From: Candidatus Bathyarchaeota archaeon B24
GTDB taxonomy: Archaea; Thermoproteota; CALKCG01; B24
Assembly: GCA_001593865.1 (NCBI GenBank)
Contig: LUCB01000001.1
Location: forward strand, 23,670 to 87,669
Direction of reading: 5' to 3'
Length of the DNA: 64,000 nt
A program made the translations under genes and the position numbers. Positions 26,355 to 36,589 of the stretch are shown piece by piece; positions within the stretch are counted from its first letter, which is position 1, and every line of letters starts with the position of its first letter. The notes beneath the pieces are model-generated. The model ran no database searches, was not told the origin of the DNA, and saw nothing but the letters and a program-made list of their open reading frames with translations.

Positions 26355-29300
26355 TTAGTATATACTTTTTATGACTTCTATGTCCTTTCTAAGCTCTTTT
26401 ATTACAGCTTGATAGTCAAGTTTTCCGGCCTCGATCAGTCTCATGGCTTCCTCTAGTCTTCTAGTCGTCTCCTCGGATATGAATTTCTCGAACCGTGTGC
26501 TGAGGTACTCATAGACTTTAATCCCTATCCTCGTCGGTATCAAAGCCTTACGACGTTTGGAGCTGAGGACATAACCCCTCTCGAATAGCGTTTCGACGAT
26601 CTTAGCATACGTGGAGGGTCTACCGATACCACGCTCCTTCATCAAAGCGATTATATCACCCTGGGTGTACAGCGAGACGCTCGGAGCCCTCCAACGCCTA
26701 ACCTCGATTACCTTGGTGACGCCTTCCTCGACCGGCGGCAGGGTCCTCATAGGCCTGACGAGGTTGAAACCGTTCTCAAGTATCCTTGAGTAACCCTCGA
26801 CCTTCACGGTCTTATCCAGGACTCGGACTTCAAACGAGATTTTCTCGGCTTTAACAGATCGCATCTGGCTAGCTATGAACCTACGGAATATGAGTTCGTA
26901 GAGGGCTAGATGCCTACCCGTAACCCTCTTAGCAAACCTCAGCAGGCCTAGGGTCATAAGCTCTCTCAGCTTAGCAGAGTCCATGCTTCTAGTAGGTCTT
27001 ATACACTCATGCGCCCCTTCTGCAGGCCAAATCCTGGGTGCTGAGAAAGCCGGTCCAAACCTACTGATAATGTAGTCCTTCGCGATCTCTATACCGACCT
27101 GGGAGACCCTATGGCTATCCGTCCTATGGTATGTTATCAGACCGAGTTCGAAGAGGTCTTGAGCCAAAGCCATGGTCTCAGCCGCCCCCATTCCTAGGAA
27201 GGTTGAGGCATCTTTCAGCATCGAGTCGGTCGTAAACGGCGGAGGAGGCTTAACCTCAACCTCTTCCCTGACTAGGTTCGCTATCTCCACTTTAGCTTCT
27301 TTAAGCTTCTCAAGATACTCCTTGAGTTCTCTCCTACCCATCCGCGGCTCAGATATAACGACCCTAAGACCGTTCTCAAGCCTCAGCTCGAAGAAGTCTC
27401 TGAGAGACTTCTTCGACTCATACATCCTGTTGATTATCCATCCGAGAACCGGCGTCTGAACCCTACCTGCCGAGAGCCTCTTACTCCCGAAGACCTTCCA
27501 AAGCTTATGGCTCAGCTCGAACCCTATCCACCTATCTTCGACCCTCCGGGTTATCTGTGCCTCTACAAGGTTAAGGTTTATATCTCTAAGATTCTTAAGT
27601 GCCTCTCTCAAAGCCCTTCGGGTAACTTCGTGAAACTCAGCCCTCTTAACCTCCTGCGTAAACGGCTTCATGGCCATGTAGAGATCCCAGGATATTTTCT
27701 CACCCTCGGCGTCGGCGTCTGTACCGAGGATCACCAAATCGACCTCCTTAGCAGCTTCCCTTAAGCTATCTATCAAAACCTTCTTGTCAAGGATCTTCTC
27801 AGACCCGCATACCGGGCATTTGCTTCCGAAGTCCTCGGTGAATGTATACCCACACCTCAAGCACCTCTTAATCGTAGAGTAGACAGGAACGTACTCTCCG
27901 TCGACCTCTAAAACTCCATGTAAACCGACGTTGCCGGTTATCAAGTCCATTATATGCCCCCCTGTAGCCGTGATGTTGAGTATATATTCTCCCGTGTTCA
28001 CCTCGAACACCGTTAAGTCCCCGACCTGTCTCCTGCTGGGTCTACCGAAGAGCCTAGCGATCGTCCTAGCCTTGTTAGGAGATTCGACGACGAAAAGCGC
28101 AAACTTAATCAAGTCCTTAAACTCGGCTTTAACCCTTCCCTCCAGTAGATCCTTTATAGCCCTACGGTCCCTATCTACCTCCTCTATGACCTTGTCCAAG
28201 TCCACCTCCGATAGCCTACGCCAGACGATATCCTCCATGAACCACCTAGTCTCCCTCATCAAGCCGTTGAAGGCCCTGTCGTTGTCGACGAGGACTATGG
28301 AAATTCCTTTAGAGACGCCTCCTGCGTACATTCTAGACACTCTACCTGATGCCTGTATATACGCCACGGGGTCTGGGATTATGAGGTAGAATACTTCACC
28401 CCTCTTCTCCAAGCCTATGTATGGGCTCTCCTCCAAGGCCTTGAGCACACTAGGTCTCGACAGGATATCGCTTAGAAACTCTAAAGCCTCCTCAACGGCT
28501 ATTTTAGCTCTCTCAGGTATCGAGGGTAAAGGCCTACCTTCGGCTATCGACTTCGCTATCTCCTCCCTAAGCTCCCTAGGTATTATCCTGTTAGCTATCC
28601 TTAGCTCGTTTATGAGCCTCAAAGCCTCGAGTTGATCCCTCTCAGGCAATAGTTCCCGGATGTTTGCAAGCAAAATTATAGCTTTAGATATCCTGAACCG
28701 TTGTCTTATATCGAGGTCTATGAGCATCTTAGGTACGCCTATGAAAAGCGCATATCTCACCGTGTAAGGTAGGTCTATACCTCTTACCAGGGGGCTTCTA
28801 TATGAAGCCATACCTATCAACACGTCATAGACGCCCTGGGAAAACTTCTCTAGAATCCTTTTTCTGGGCCGCGTATAGGCTTCCGCGTTTATACCTCTTT
28901 CGACCAAGTACCTCTTAATCCTCTCAGCATACTCAGCTCCGAGATCCATAGGGATATACACTAAGCCTCCAGGGCCAAGTTTCTGGATGAGCCTATAAGC
29001 CTCCTCCTCGAGGTTTTCAGACTCGATGTATAGGTCGACTACGTTACGTCCGATATCTATCCTCGAGGCCACCTCAAAGCCTAAAAGCTCCCTGAACAAT
29101 CTAACCCGTTTAGTACGCCTAGCCCTTATCGAGGCTCCTGAAACCACTAAGACACCCACGTTTTTCCTATTCTCCTCAAGCTCCTCCATGAGCTTGACCA
29201 TCTTATCGTAAAGCTTCGAAGACTCAGGGTATCTTCTACTTCTAAGGAGCCTCCCCAGCTGGGTTCTTAAGTCCATGAGGTTAAACGCCTTTTCAAGGTC

Positions 29301-29987
29301 CTCCTGCTTAAATCCGAGAAGCATTAGAACCTTATCCACGCTCTTCGAAGACCTTAAAAGCGAGTCTACGTCGTCTACAAATATGAAATCAAACTTCTCC
29401 CCCTCTATGAACTCAAACTTCATGTTTAGAAAGCTAAGCGTAGTGACGAGTATCTGGAAATCGCGGTTCTTTATCTCCTCGAGCCTCGACTTAGCCTCCT
29501 TCTTGGTTAAGAGAGAATGATAGTAGGAGATTTTAATGTCTAAACCAAGTCTCTCAGCGTAGCTCAAGAGCCTCTCAGAAACCTGCTTGGCGAGCAGGGC
29601 CGTAGGTACGACTATGTAGCTTCTCCAACCCCTCTTATAGGCTAGGAAGAGCGCGAACACGGAGCCGAAAACGGTCTTACCCATCCCGGTGGGAGCTATG
29701 AGGGCGAAGCTTCTACCGGCTATAATCCTCCTAGCCCAGACCCTCTGAGCCGCCCAAGGCTTACTACCGGTAGCCTTCTCGAAGAACGAGATGAACTCCT
29801 CAAGCTGTTTAGACTCATATACAAGCCTTAAATAGGCTTGACTCGGATTATGAATATAAGCCAAAGGATTAGAATGCTTCAAGTACGCATCCGGCAGACA
29901 CATTCTGCAGGGTAACCCCATAGACGCTCTCTCGTCGTCTATATCACCTCCGCAGTTAGGACAAAGACCCTTGAAGACGGCTTTCAT
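26355..29987 (-). CDS. rgy: reverse gyrase (helicase-topoisomerase IA fusion)
   Basis: 1210 aa. N-terminal Zn finger CPNCGG...CRMC, helicase Walker A APTGMGKT, Toprim VVESPNKA, topo IA active-site Tyr LGLITYHRTDS. No intein. Confidence 0.95.
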   Translation of the reverse strand: MKAVFKGLCPNCGGDIDDERASMGLPCRMCLPDAYLKHSNPLAYIHNPSQAYLRLVYESKQLEEFISFFEKATGSKPWAAQRVWARRIIAGRSFALIAPTGMGKTVFGSVFALFLAYKRGWRSYIVVPTALLAKQVSERLLSYAERLGLDIKISYYHSLLTKKEAKSRLEEIKNRDFQILVTTLSFLNMKFEFIEGEKFDFIFVDDVDSLLRSSKSVDKVLMLLGFKQEDLEKAFNLMDLRTQLGRLLRSRRYPESSKLYDKMVKLMEELEENRKNVGVLVVSGASIRARRTKRVRLFRELLGFEVASRIDIGRNVVDLYIESENLEEEAYRLIQKLGPGGLVYIPMDLGAEYAERIKRYLVERGINAEAYTRPRKRILEKFSQGVYDVLIGMASYRSPLVRGIDLPYTVRYALFIGVPKMLIDLDIRQRFRISKAIILLANIRELLPERDQLEALRLINELRIANRIIPRELREEIAKSIAEGRPLPSIPERAKIAVEEALEFLSDILSRPSVLKALEESPYIGLEKRGEVFYLIIPDPVAYIQASGRVSRMYAGGVSKGISIVLVDNDRAFNGLMRETRWFMEDIVWRRLSEVDLDKVIEEVDRDRRAIKDLLEGRVKAEFKDLIKFALFVVESPNKARTIARLFGRPSRRQVGDLTVFEVNTGEYILNITATGGHIMDLITGNVGLHGVLEVDGEYVPVYSTIKRCLRCGYTFTEDFGSKCPVCGSEKILDKKVLIDSLREAAKEVDLVILGTDADAEGEKISWDLYMAMKPFTQEVKRAEFHEVTRRALREALKNLRDINLNLVEAQITRRVEDRWIGFELSHKLWKVFGSKRLSAGRVQTPVLGWIINRMYESKKSLRDFFELRLENGLRVVISEPRMGRRELKEYLEKLKEAKVEIANLVREEVEVKPPPPFTTDSMLKDASTFLGMGAAETMALAQDLFELGLITYHRTDSHRVSQVGIEIAKDYIISRFGPAFSAPRIWPAEGAHECIRPTRSMDSAKLRELMTLGLLRFAKRVTGRHLALYELIFRRFIASQMRSVKAEKISFEVRVLDKTVKVEGYSRILENGFNLVRPMRTLPPVEEGVTKVIEVRRWRAPSVSLYTQGDIIALMKERGIGRPSTYAKIVETLFERGYVLSSKRRKALIPTRIGIKVYEYLSTRFEKFISEETTRRLEEAMRLIEAGKLDYQAVIKELRKDIEVIKSIY

Positions 29988-30055
29988 GATTTTCGAGGGA
30001 TTTTTCTCTAAGAGATATTCATAAAGTTTCCGTGTTTAAACGTTTAAAAACATCG

Positions 30056-30859
30056 TTAAAACGGCGTAGAGAGACTAAGCCAAACAGCTAATACGGATAC
30101 AAGAACCGAAAACCAGACACTTCTACTCCATCTGAAGACCTTAGCTCCATCCAAGGGACCGAAGGGTATGAGATTAAACAAGGCTAAGCTTAAATTCAGA
30201 ACCGCTAGTATATGCAGAGCTATGCTCATAAGGCTTCCAAAAGCCACGAACCTTCTCAGGGCTATGTATATTACCGCTTGAACCACGTTCGTCAATGGTC
30301 CCATAAGCGCCACCTTACCCACATCTTCTTTACTGAACCTCAGCCCGATCACCTTAACCGCACCTGGGGCCACTATTTTGATGGGTAATATAATCGATAG
30401 AAGCGTCATGAATAGGCCTGATATGCTGAGCCTAAACTCGGCCCAATACCCCATTCTCTGAGCAGCGAGCTTATGGGCGAGTTCGTGAATAAGGAAAGAA
30501 GTCAACATACCGGTTAAAGTCACGAGGAGTATATCGGGCTTTAGAAGAAAGATGGGCATCGACTCGGCGAGCATAGAGAACCCTATCAACGCAAAAACGG
30601 CTAACCCAATCGCCAGATGTTTAACCTCGGTCGAACTGGTCATCTTGAACACATCTGAAAACTTAGGTTTAGCCATGCTTGCCTGGGTTAAGGTTCTAGC
30701 AGGTGTTCTAGGGGTAAGACGTGGGACATAGAACCTTGACCTAAGCTCCTTGCAACCGTGGTTCTCCGGAAGCCTATGCTCGTAGCAGAAGTATTTCCTA
30801 CAATATGGACATCTGAACGGTAAGACTACTTCTTTACCGCAGTATTCACACTTAACCAT
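30056..30859 (-). CDS. AN1-type zinc finger fused to an M50/site-2-protease-like intramembrane metalloprotease
   Basis: 267 aa. The N-terminus fits the AN1 pattern exactly: CEYC-x9-CPYC-x4-C-x2-H-x5-H-x-C. The membrane domain has HELAH (HExxH in a TM helix) and NLIPFGPLDG (the S2P LDG motif). Confidence 0.7.
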   Translation of the reverse strand: MVKCEYCGKEVVLPFRCPYCRKYFCYEHRLPENHGCKELRSRFYVPRLTPRTPARTLTQASMAKPKFSDVFKMTSSTEVKHLAIGLAVFALIGFSMLAESMPIFLLKPDILLVTLTGMLTSFLIHELAHKLAAQRMGYWAEFRLSISGLFMTLLSIILPIKIVAPGAVKVIGLRFSKEDVGKVALMGPLTNVVQAVIYIALRRFVAFGSLMSIALHILAVLNLSLALFNLIPFGPLDGAKVFRWSRSVWFSVLVSVLAVWLSLSTPF

Positions 30860-30940
30860 CAGATTCCCTCGATATATTACGAGATCGGCGTCGTTAAAAA
30901 CTTATTCCCGACATCAGATCATTAGATTCGAGAGACGAAG

Positions 30941-31315
30941 ATGTCCAAGTTAAGCCCATTCAATTACACCCAGAACATAATAGTCCGAACCGACCTGGTT
31001 ATAAGTTGTGGAAAACTCTCCGCCCAGGTAGCCCACGCAGCGGTCGCAGCCTCAGAGGAGGCTAGGAGAAAACGCTCAGAGTGGTTTGAGGCTTGGCTTA
31101 AAGAGGGACAGCGGAAAGTCGTCTTAAAAGTGGACTCCCTAGAAGAGCTTATGGCTCTTAAAAAGGAGGCGGACAGGCTAGGTATACCAAACGCTCTCAT
31201 TAAGGATAGGGGTTTAACCGAGCTTCCACCTGGAACTATCACATGCCTAGCCGTCGGTCCGGCGCCTAGAGAGCTAGTCGATAAAATAACTGGTAAGCTG
31301 AAGTTGTTAGAATAA
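30941..31315 (+). CDS. pth2: peptidyl-tRNA hydrolase, archaeal/eukaryal PTH2 type
   Basis: 124 aa. [23 protein letters not shown] matches the Pth2 core (VVRTDL...GKIAAQCSHAAV). Confidence 0.8.
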   Translation: MSKLSPFNYTQNIIVRTDLVISCGKLSAQVAHAAVAASEEARRKRSEWFEAWLKEGQRKVVLKVDSLEELMALKKEADRLGIPNALIKDRGLTELPPGTITCLAVGPAPRELVDKITGKLKLLE

Positions 31316-33151
31316 CTCTTCAGCTTTGGGAAAGTTGAGGTTTTCTAAGAAGACCTTCTTGAACTCGGGTTTAAGGTAGAATTCTACAAACCTTATGCGC
31401 TGAGCTAAGATCCTAGCTCTAGCCCTCTCCTCTTGAGATATGAGACACATCTTAGCACCAGCTCCTGCAGAGTTACCTACGCTTTTAATCTTGTCAAGAC
31501 TTACGTTAGGTAGTAGACCTATTCTTACCGCACTTCTAGGGTTTATATAAGAACCGAAGGAGCCGGCCAGATAAATCGCCGATAGCTCTTCCAATTCGAC
31601 ACCTGCCTCCTTCATCAATAGGCTTATACCGGTGGCGATAGCGGACTTAGCGAGCTGGATCTCCCTTATGTCCCTCTGGGTTATGGTTATAGCTTCACCT
31701 ACACCGGTTTCTTCAGGCTTGGCTAAAACAAACTCGTAGCCCAAACTACCCTTGACAAATCTACTAGGCATCTTAGACACTCTAAACCTACCGTCTAGAC
31801 TTAACACCCCTACACGTAAAAGCTCGGAGACCGCGTCTACGACACCTGAACCGCATATCCCTATCGGTTTAACGTCTCCTACGACCTTATAGCTAATTCC
31901 GTCAGAATCTATGCGTATGCTCTCTATCGCACCTTCAGCGGCTCTCATACCATGCCTTATACGAGCACCCTCAAAGGCAGGACCCGAAGCACAGCTACAT
32001 GCGTACAAGTTTTCCCCGTCGTTAAGGATTATCTCCGTGTTCGTACCGACATCTATGACCATGCTAGGCTTCTTGGACTCGTAGACTCTAGTAGCTATGA
32101 CATCGGCTATGGCATCCGCCCCCACAAAACCAGCTACTACCGGTAAAAAGTGGAGATTAGCCGACTCGTTAACCCTTAACCCTAGCTCAGAAGCCGGTAA
32201 GTCTATGGAATCCTGCACCACCGGAGCGAAAGGCGCTAAACCCAGGGTCTTAGGTGTTATTCCGAGAAGTATATGGTGCATGACCGTGTTCCCGACGGCT
32301 ACAATCTCATATATCTCCTGAGGATCCACCTCCGTATACTCACAAGCCTCCTCTATGAGATTGTTCAGCCCCTCTATAACCGCTCTTTGAAGAACCGTTG
32401 TTCTTTCAGGGTTAGACGCGTATGAGATTCTGGAGATCACATCCTCTCCATATCGGACTTGAGGGTTTAACATAGACTTCGCGGTCTCGGTCTTGCCCGT
32501 CCTGAGGTCTACAAGGTATATGGCAAGCTTGGTCGTACCTATGTCCACGGCTAAGCCGTATAATCCAACCTCTTTATCAATGGGGTTAACGTCTAAAATC
32601 CCTAATTTGGTGTGGTAGACAACTCTAATACTCCATCCGCTAGTTCTGAAAACAGCGGGTAGCTTCCTTATAACGCGGAGATTCGGCCTAGATGCCGCTT
32701 CGACATCTATAGATGCTTTTAGAGCGTCTAAAAGCCTTCGATAATCCGCCCTCAAATCGGTTAAACCCGGTTTATCTACATGAACATAGACCTCTCTAAC
32801 CATCGGGTTAAACGTCACAGCAGCTTCTAGCCCTTCGACCACAATCCTAGGAACTCTTTTTAGACTTTCTCTCGGTATCTCCACCTCCACGTCTCCTAGT
32901 ATCTTTGTCTGACAGGCCAGCCTGAAACCCATTCTAATTTTTTCACCTAAGAGTTTGAGTTCTTGTCTTGAAGGAGAGGAGACATCACCCTTTAAAACTC
33001 GGATTACGCATTTACCACATAGACCTTTACCACCACATATACTCGGAAGCTTTACGCCGCTTCTTCCAATAGCTTCAAGAATCGTTTCCCCTTTATGTAC
33101 TTCAATCCTTAAACCTAGAGGATGGATCGTAAGCCTAGCCAGAAGGATCAC
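31307..33151 (-). CDS. COG3894/DUF4445 protein: plant-type [2Fe-2S] ferredoxin domain fused to an ASKHA-fold ATPase (RACo/corrinoid-activase-like)
   Basis: 614 aa. N-terminal [16 protein letters not shown]...LACQT has ferredoxin Cys spacing. The C-terminal DIGTT...GICGSG ASKHA ATPase follows. Begins 4 nt after the DHS stop. Confidence 0.7.
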   Translation of the reverse strand: MILLARLTIHPLGLRIEVHKGETILEAIGRSGVKLPSICGGKGLCGKCVIRVLKGDVSSPSRQELKLLGEKIRMGFRLACQTKILGDVEVEIPRESLKRVPRIVVEGLEAAVTFNPMVREVYVHVDKPGLTDLRADYRRLLDALKASIDVEAASRPNLRVIRKLPAVFRTSGWSIRVVYHTKLGILDVNPIDKEVGLYGLAVDIGTTKLAIYLVDLRTGKTETAKSMLNPQVRYGEDVISRISYASNPERTTVLQRAVIEGLNNLIEEACEYTEVDPQEIYEIVAVGNTVMHHILLGITPKTLGLAPFAPVVQDSIDLPASELGLRVNESANLHFLPVVAGFVGADAIADVIATRVYESKKPSMVIDVGTNTEIILNDGENLYACSCASGPAFEGARIRHGMRAAEGAIESIRIDSDGISYKVVGDVKPIGICGSGVVDAVSELLRVGVLSLDGRFRVSKMPSRFVKGSLGYEFVLAKPEETGVGEAITITQRDIREIQLAKSAIATGISLLMKEAGVELEELSAIYLAGSFGSYINPRSAVRIGLLPNVSLDKIKSVGNSAGAGAKMCLISQEERARARILAQRIRFVEFYLKPEFKKVFLENLNFPKAEELF

Positions 33152-33155
33152 CTCT

Positions 33156-34079
33156 TTAGCTTGGGCTTGTCTTATCGATAAGCGCCGCCGCCAAAATAGG
33201 TAATGCCACCGTGAAATCGCAGGGTACCGTGACCTTATAGGCGTCAGGTTTCACTTTACCCCAGCTTACGGCTTCCTCGAACGTTGCACCGGACAGCCCA
33301 CCGTATTCAGGCCTGTCCGTCGTTATTTGGACGGCGTATGTTAGGGGCTTCGAAGCGGTCATAAGGGCTTGGTTGAGATAATTCTTCGGCACACCCCCGC
33401 CAAGTATGAGGGCACCGGTTTTCTTGGAAGACCATACTAGGTCCAGTATCTCAGCTTGGTCTTTGAACAGGTCTACCTTTAGACCGCTGGTCTGAGTGTA
33501 CATCCATACCTGTAGACCTAGTATGCTATCGTTTAAAGCCGGGCAGAATATCGGTATCCCTCTTTCACTACAAACCCTCAGTATAGAGTTTTCATCTTCA
33601 AGCTGTTCACCTAGTTTACTTAGGAACTCCCTACCGCTCATGGTCCTCTGGGGGAAACTCTTAAGAAGCTCTCGCAACTTCCTCTCCATGGCCGTGAAGC
33701 TCTCCACCTTAACATAAACGTCGTATATTCTACTCAAGCCCTTTTCTCTAAGCTCTTGATCGTCGATGTATGGACTACCTCTCAGGTGATGTTCGCCAAT
33801 AGCCTCTAAAAAGTCATGTGTCAGATTAGCCCCGGTAGTAACTAAAACGTCGAACAGCCTCCTCTTCAACAGGTCAGATATCACTAGCCTCAAACCTCCT
33901 GGGACGGCGGCACCTGCAACCGTTAGGAACTTTAGGCAATCAGGGTCATCTACCATACGTACCAATATGCTGTAGGCTTCGTGAAGTCGTCTCGCGGTGA
34001 AGGAGCAGTTACCGAACTCTTCCAAAAGCATCGAAACGTCCATGCGAGGCTTGACTTTCACGTGACGTATGGCCTTCAA
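33156..34079 (-). CDS. dys: deoxyhypusine synthase
   Basis: 307 aa. DHS-family features: TVAGAAVPGGLR, NAD-binding GGGVPKNY, catalytic-Lys region. Size typical of archaeal DHS. Confidence 0.7.
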   Translation of the reverse strand: MKAIRHVKVKPRMDVSMLLEEFGNCSFTARRLHEAYSILVRMVDDPDCLKFLTVAGAAVPGGLRLVISDLLKRRLFDVLVTTGANLTHDFLEAIGEHHLRGSPYIDDQELREKGLSRIYDVYVKVESFTAMERKLRELLKSFPQRTMSGREFLSKLGEQLEDENSILRVCSERGIPIFCPALNDSILGLQVWMYTQTSGLKVDLFKDQAEILDLVWSSKKTGALILGGGVPKNYLNQALMTASKPLTYAVQITTDRPEYGGLSGATFEEAVSWGKVKPDAYKVTVPCDFTVALPILAAALIDKTSPS

Positions 34080-34146
34080 TTCTAGACCCCGAGCCGTATT
34101 CTCTGGTTAAGCTTATCTATAGTAGCAGGAAGATCTTAGTTAAGGG

Positions 34147-34389
34147 TTGCTGTTGGCGGTCGAGAAGTATCGGCTCGAGGTTAAGCCTTTGAAGAGAGCT
34201 ATGAGGGTCGACCGTAGCCTTTTAGATAAAGTGGAGGGTTTAGGAGCTAAGTTTGTCAGAAGGATGCGGAGGGAAGCCGTGGATTGCCCCGTTAAGAACC
34301 GTACGGTTTCCTTTCTCGAATGCTTCACGTGTCCGAACTTTATCAGAAGGTTTAAGGGAGTTGTTTATTGTAAAGGTGATAGTGTTTGA
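34147..34389 (+). CDS. small Cys-rich hypothetical protein (C-x12-C-x2-C-x11-C)
   Basis: 80 aa. DCPVKNRTVSFLECFTCPNFIRRFKGVVYC with a basic N-terminal half. No family recognised; could be spurious. Confidence 0.3.
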   Translation: MLLAVEKYRLEVKPLKRAMRVDRSLLDKVEGLGAKFVRRMRREAVDCPVKNRTVSFLECFTCPNFIRRFKGVVYCKGDSV

Positions 34390-34628
34390 GAATTAAAGCT
34401 AGAAGTATTTTCCTTATGGTGAACGTAATTCTCTTCGCTATGCTCTTCTACTATATATGGAACGTTTTTCTTCCCCAATACGAAGGACAAACCTACTACG
34501 ATACCGTCGAGAAAACAGTTATAGTCGTAACGATAATGCTCGTCATAGCTATGATAATATCCTCTGCGGCGATCCTCATGTCTAAGGAGCCTGAAGAACC
34601 TGAGATTATAGACGTAGGGAAACACTAG
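34386..34628 (+). CDS. small 2-TM hypothetical membrane protein
   Basis: 80 aa. The TTG start overlaps the TGA of the preceding small ORF. Confidence 0.3.
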   Translation: MRIKARSIFLMVNVILFAMLFYYIWNVFLPQYEGQTYYDTVEKTVIVVTIMLVIAMIISSAAILMSKEPEEPEIIDVGKH

Positions 34629-36505
34629 CCACCAGCCGTGCACTTATATAGGTCTTCAGCCACCCCCTCTAGACCAAGTTGCTTAAGCCTTTCACGGCTC
34701 GGCACACCATCACTCCTCCATCCTCTGAGCCTATAGTATTCGGGTAACATCTTATCGAGCTCCACTATCTGACCTGTAGCTCCACCCTCTTTCAAGGGTT
34801 CCTTAAGGAGCCTCTCCGGAAGCCTATCGTCCTTAGCTCTCACACCCCTCTTAACGCATATAACCCGTTTGAGGTTGTAGATGCGTTCCCCTATCTCCAT
34901 GAGAGCCTTAACCGTTATACGCTGGCCGGTGACCATGGACAATATAGCAGCCACAGCCGCGGGTGGTATGAAGGTAAACTTACATAGAATCAACGAGTCC
35001 AATACATCATGCCAATCCTGCATAGTCTTGACGATCTTAGGCTTGGACTCTAGGTCGAACCTGTATACCCTCTCATGTATACCTAAGTCTGGTATACGTT
35101 CACCTTGCTCTATGAGAAATACTTCACCCCTAAGATGGCAGGCGCCTCTGTGTGAGGTAGCATACTGGAGACCCATGCCTTTAAAAGCCCTGGGGTCGTG
35201 CATCGGTATCTCGAGCCCCTTAACGTGCATAGCTATGCGTTCGGCCTCCCCACCGATCTGCTTGGACATTCTTCTAACCCCCTCGGAGAGTAGGGCACCT
35301 ATGCCCCTGCGGAAAGCTATTCGCTTTATGAGTTCGATCAACAAGTCAGGGTCGCCCCATCGAATCTCCAAACCGTCGACCTCTCTAGAGACTAACCCCC
35401 TGTCGCAGCATTCCATGAGGAACGCTATAGAGACACCTGTGGTTATGGTATCTATACCATATCGGTTACATAACTCGTTAGCCTTGGCTAAGGCTTCAAG
35501 GTTATCGATTAAACATAGTGCTCCTAGGGAAGCTACGGTCTCGTATTCGGGACCCATCCCTTCCTCAGTCTTATAAGGCCCCTCTTTGACCTCTACTATT
35601 CTGCCGCATGCTATCGGGCATCTAAAACACGCCCAATTCCTCTTCAAGATACTCTTAGACATCGCCTCCCCGCTGATTTTCTTTATACCATCCCAGACAC
35701 CTAAGGTGAAATGCTTTATTGGTACGTCCCCGTACTCATACATCATCTCCATAATACCGTCCGTACCGTAGGAAGAGTATATCTGAACGGTCGGATGGCT
35801 TCTGATAGTTACGTAAAGCCTCCTTATATAAGAAGAGAGCCTGGCCTCCTCGGCGGCCGGTATGGTTCTAACAGAGCCTTTAACGGCTATGGCCTTCAGG
35901 TTTTTAGAACCCATAACTGCTCCAAGCCCGCATCTACCAGCCGCCCTACCTCTATCGTTTATTATATTCGCGTATCTTACAAGCCTCTCACCTGCCGGAC
36001 CTATGCAAGCCACCTTGACGCCGGGTTCCAGCTCCTTCTTCAGGGCGTCTTCACACTCGTAAGTGTCTAAGCCCCAGAGATGCTTGGCGTCCCTTATCTC
36101 GCATCCATCTTCGTGGATCCAGAGATACACAGGCTTATCGGCCTTGCCTTCGACGATCACCCCGTCGAAACCCGCGAACTTAAGCTCTGGACCCCAGTAA
36201 CCGGCTGAATGGGACTCAGCCCATATACCCGTCAGGGGCGATAGAGCACAGACCGTATAGCGCCCGGCCGACGGAGTTATCGTCCCGGTCAGAGGCCCGG
36301 TCATGAAGATCAGTTTGTTATAGGGGCTTAGGGGGTCTACATCCATCGGGGTTTCCCGGTATATAATCCATGCGGCATATCCGCTTCCACCTATGAACTT
36401 TTCGGCCACGGCTTCGTCTAAAGGCTCTATAGAGTATGAAGAGACGCTTAGATTTACCCGTAATATCCGACCGGTATAGCCTCCTTTGAAACGTTTAGCG
36501 GCCAT
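34625..36505 (-). CDS. aor: tungsten-containing aldehyde:ferredoxin oxidoreductase (AOR family)
   Basis: The ORF track gives 34625..36658. The conserved AOR N-terminus begins at MAAKRFKGGYTGRILRVNLS (ATG at 36503-36505, 626 aa). Cys ligands for the pterin/4Fe-4S cluster are present. Confidence 0.85.
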   Translation of the reverse strand: MAAKRFKGGYTGRILRVNLSVSSYSIEPLDEAVAEKFIGGSGYAAWIIYRETPMDVDPLSPYNKLIFMTGPLTGTITPSAGRYTVCALSPLTGIWAESHSAGYWGPELKFAGFDGVIVEGKADKPVYLWIHEDGCEIRDAKHLWGLDTYECEDALKKELEPGVKVACIGPAGERLVRYANIINDRGRAAGRCGLGAVMGSKNLKAIAVKGSVRTIPAAEEARLSSYIRRLYVTIRSHPTVQIYSSYGTDGIMEMMYEYGDVPIKHFTLGVWDGIKKISGEAMSKSILKRNWACFRCPIACGRIVEVKEGPYKTEEGMGPEYETVASLGALCLIDNLEALAKANELCNRYGIDTITTGVSIAFLMECCDRGLVSREVDGLEIRWGDPDLLIELIKRIAFRRGIGALLSEGVRRMSKQIGGEAERIAMHVKGLEIPMHDPRAFKGMGLQYATSHRGACHLRGEVFLIEQGERIPDLGIHERVYRFDLESKPKIVKTMQDWHDVLDSLILCKFTFIPPAAVAAILSMVTGQRITVKALMEIGERIYNLKRVICVKRGVRAKDDRLPERLLKEPLKEGGATGQIVELDKMLPEYYRLRGWRSDGVPSRERLKQLGLEGVAEDLYKCTAGG

Positions 36506-36589
36506 ACATGAGGGGTTCTGTAGAGGGCTTATTAAGCGTGATGGTTCTTGGTAAGACTTAAATAAAATGCGCTGCTCTTCTGAAATCGA

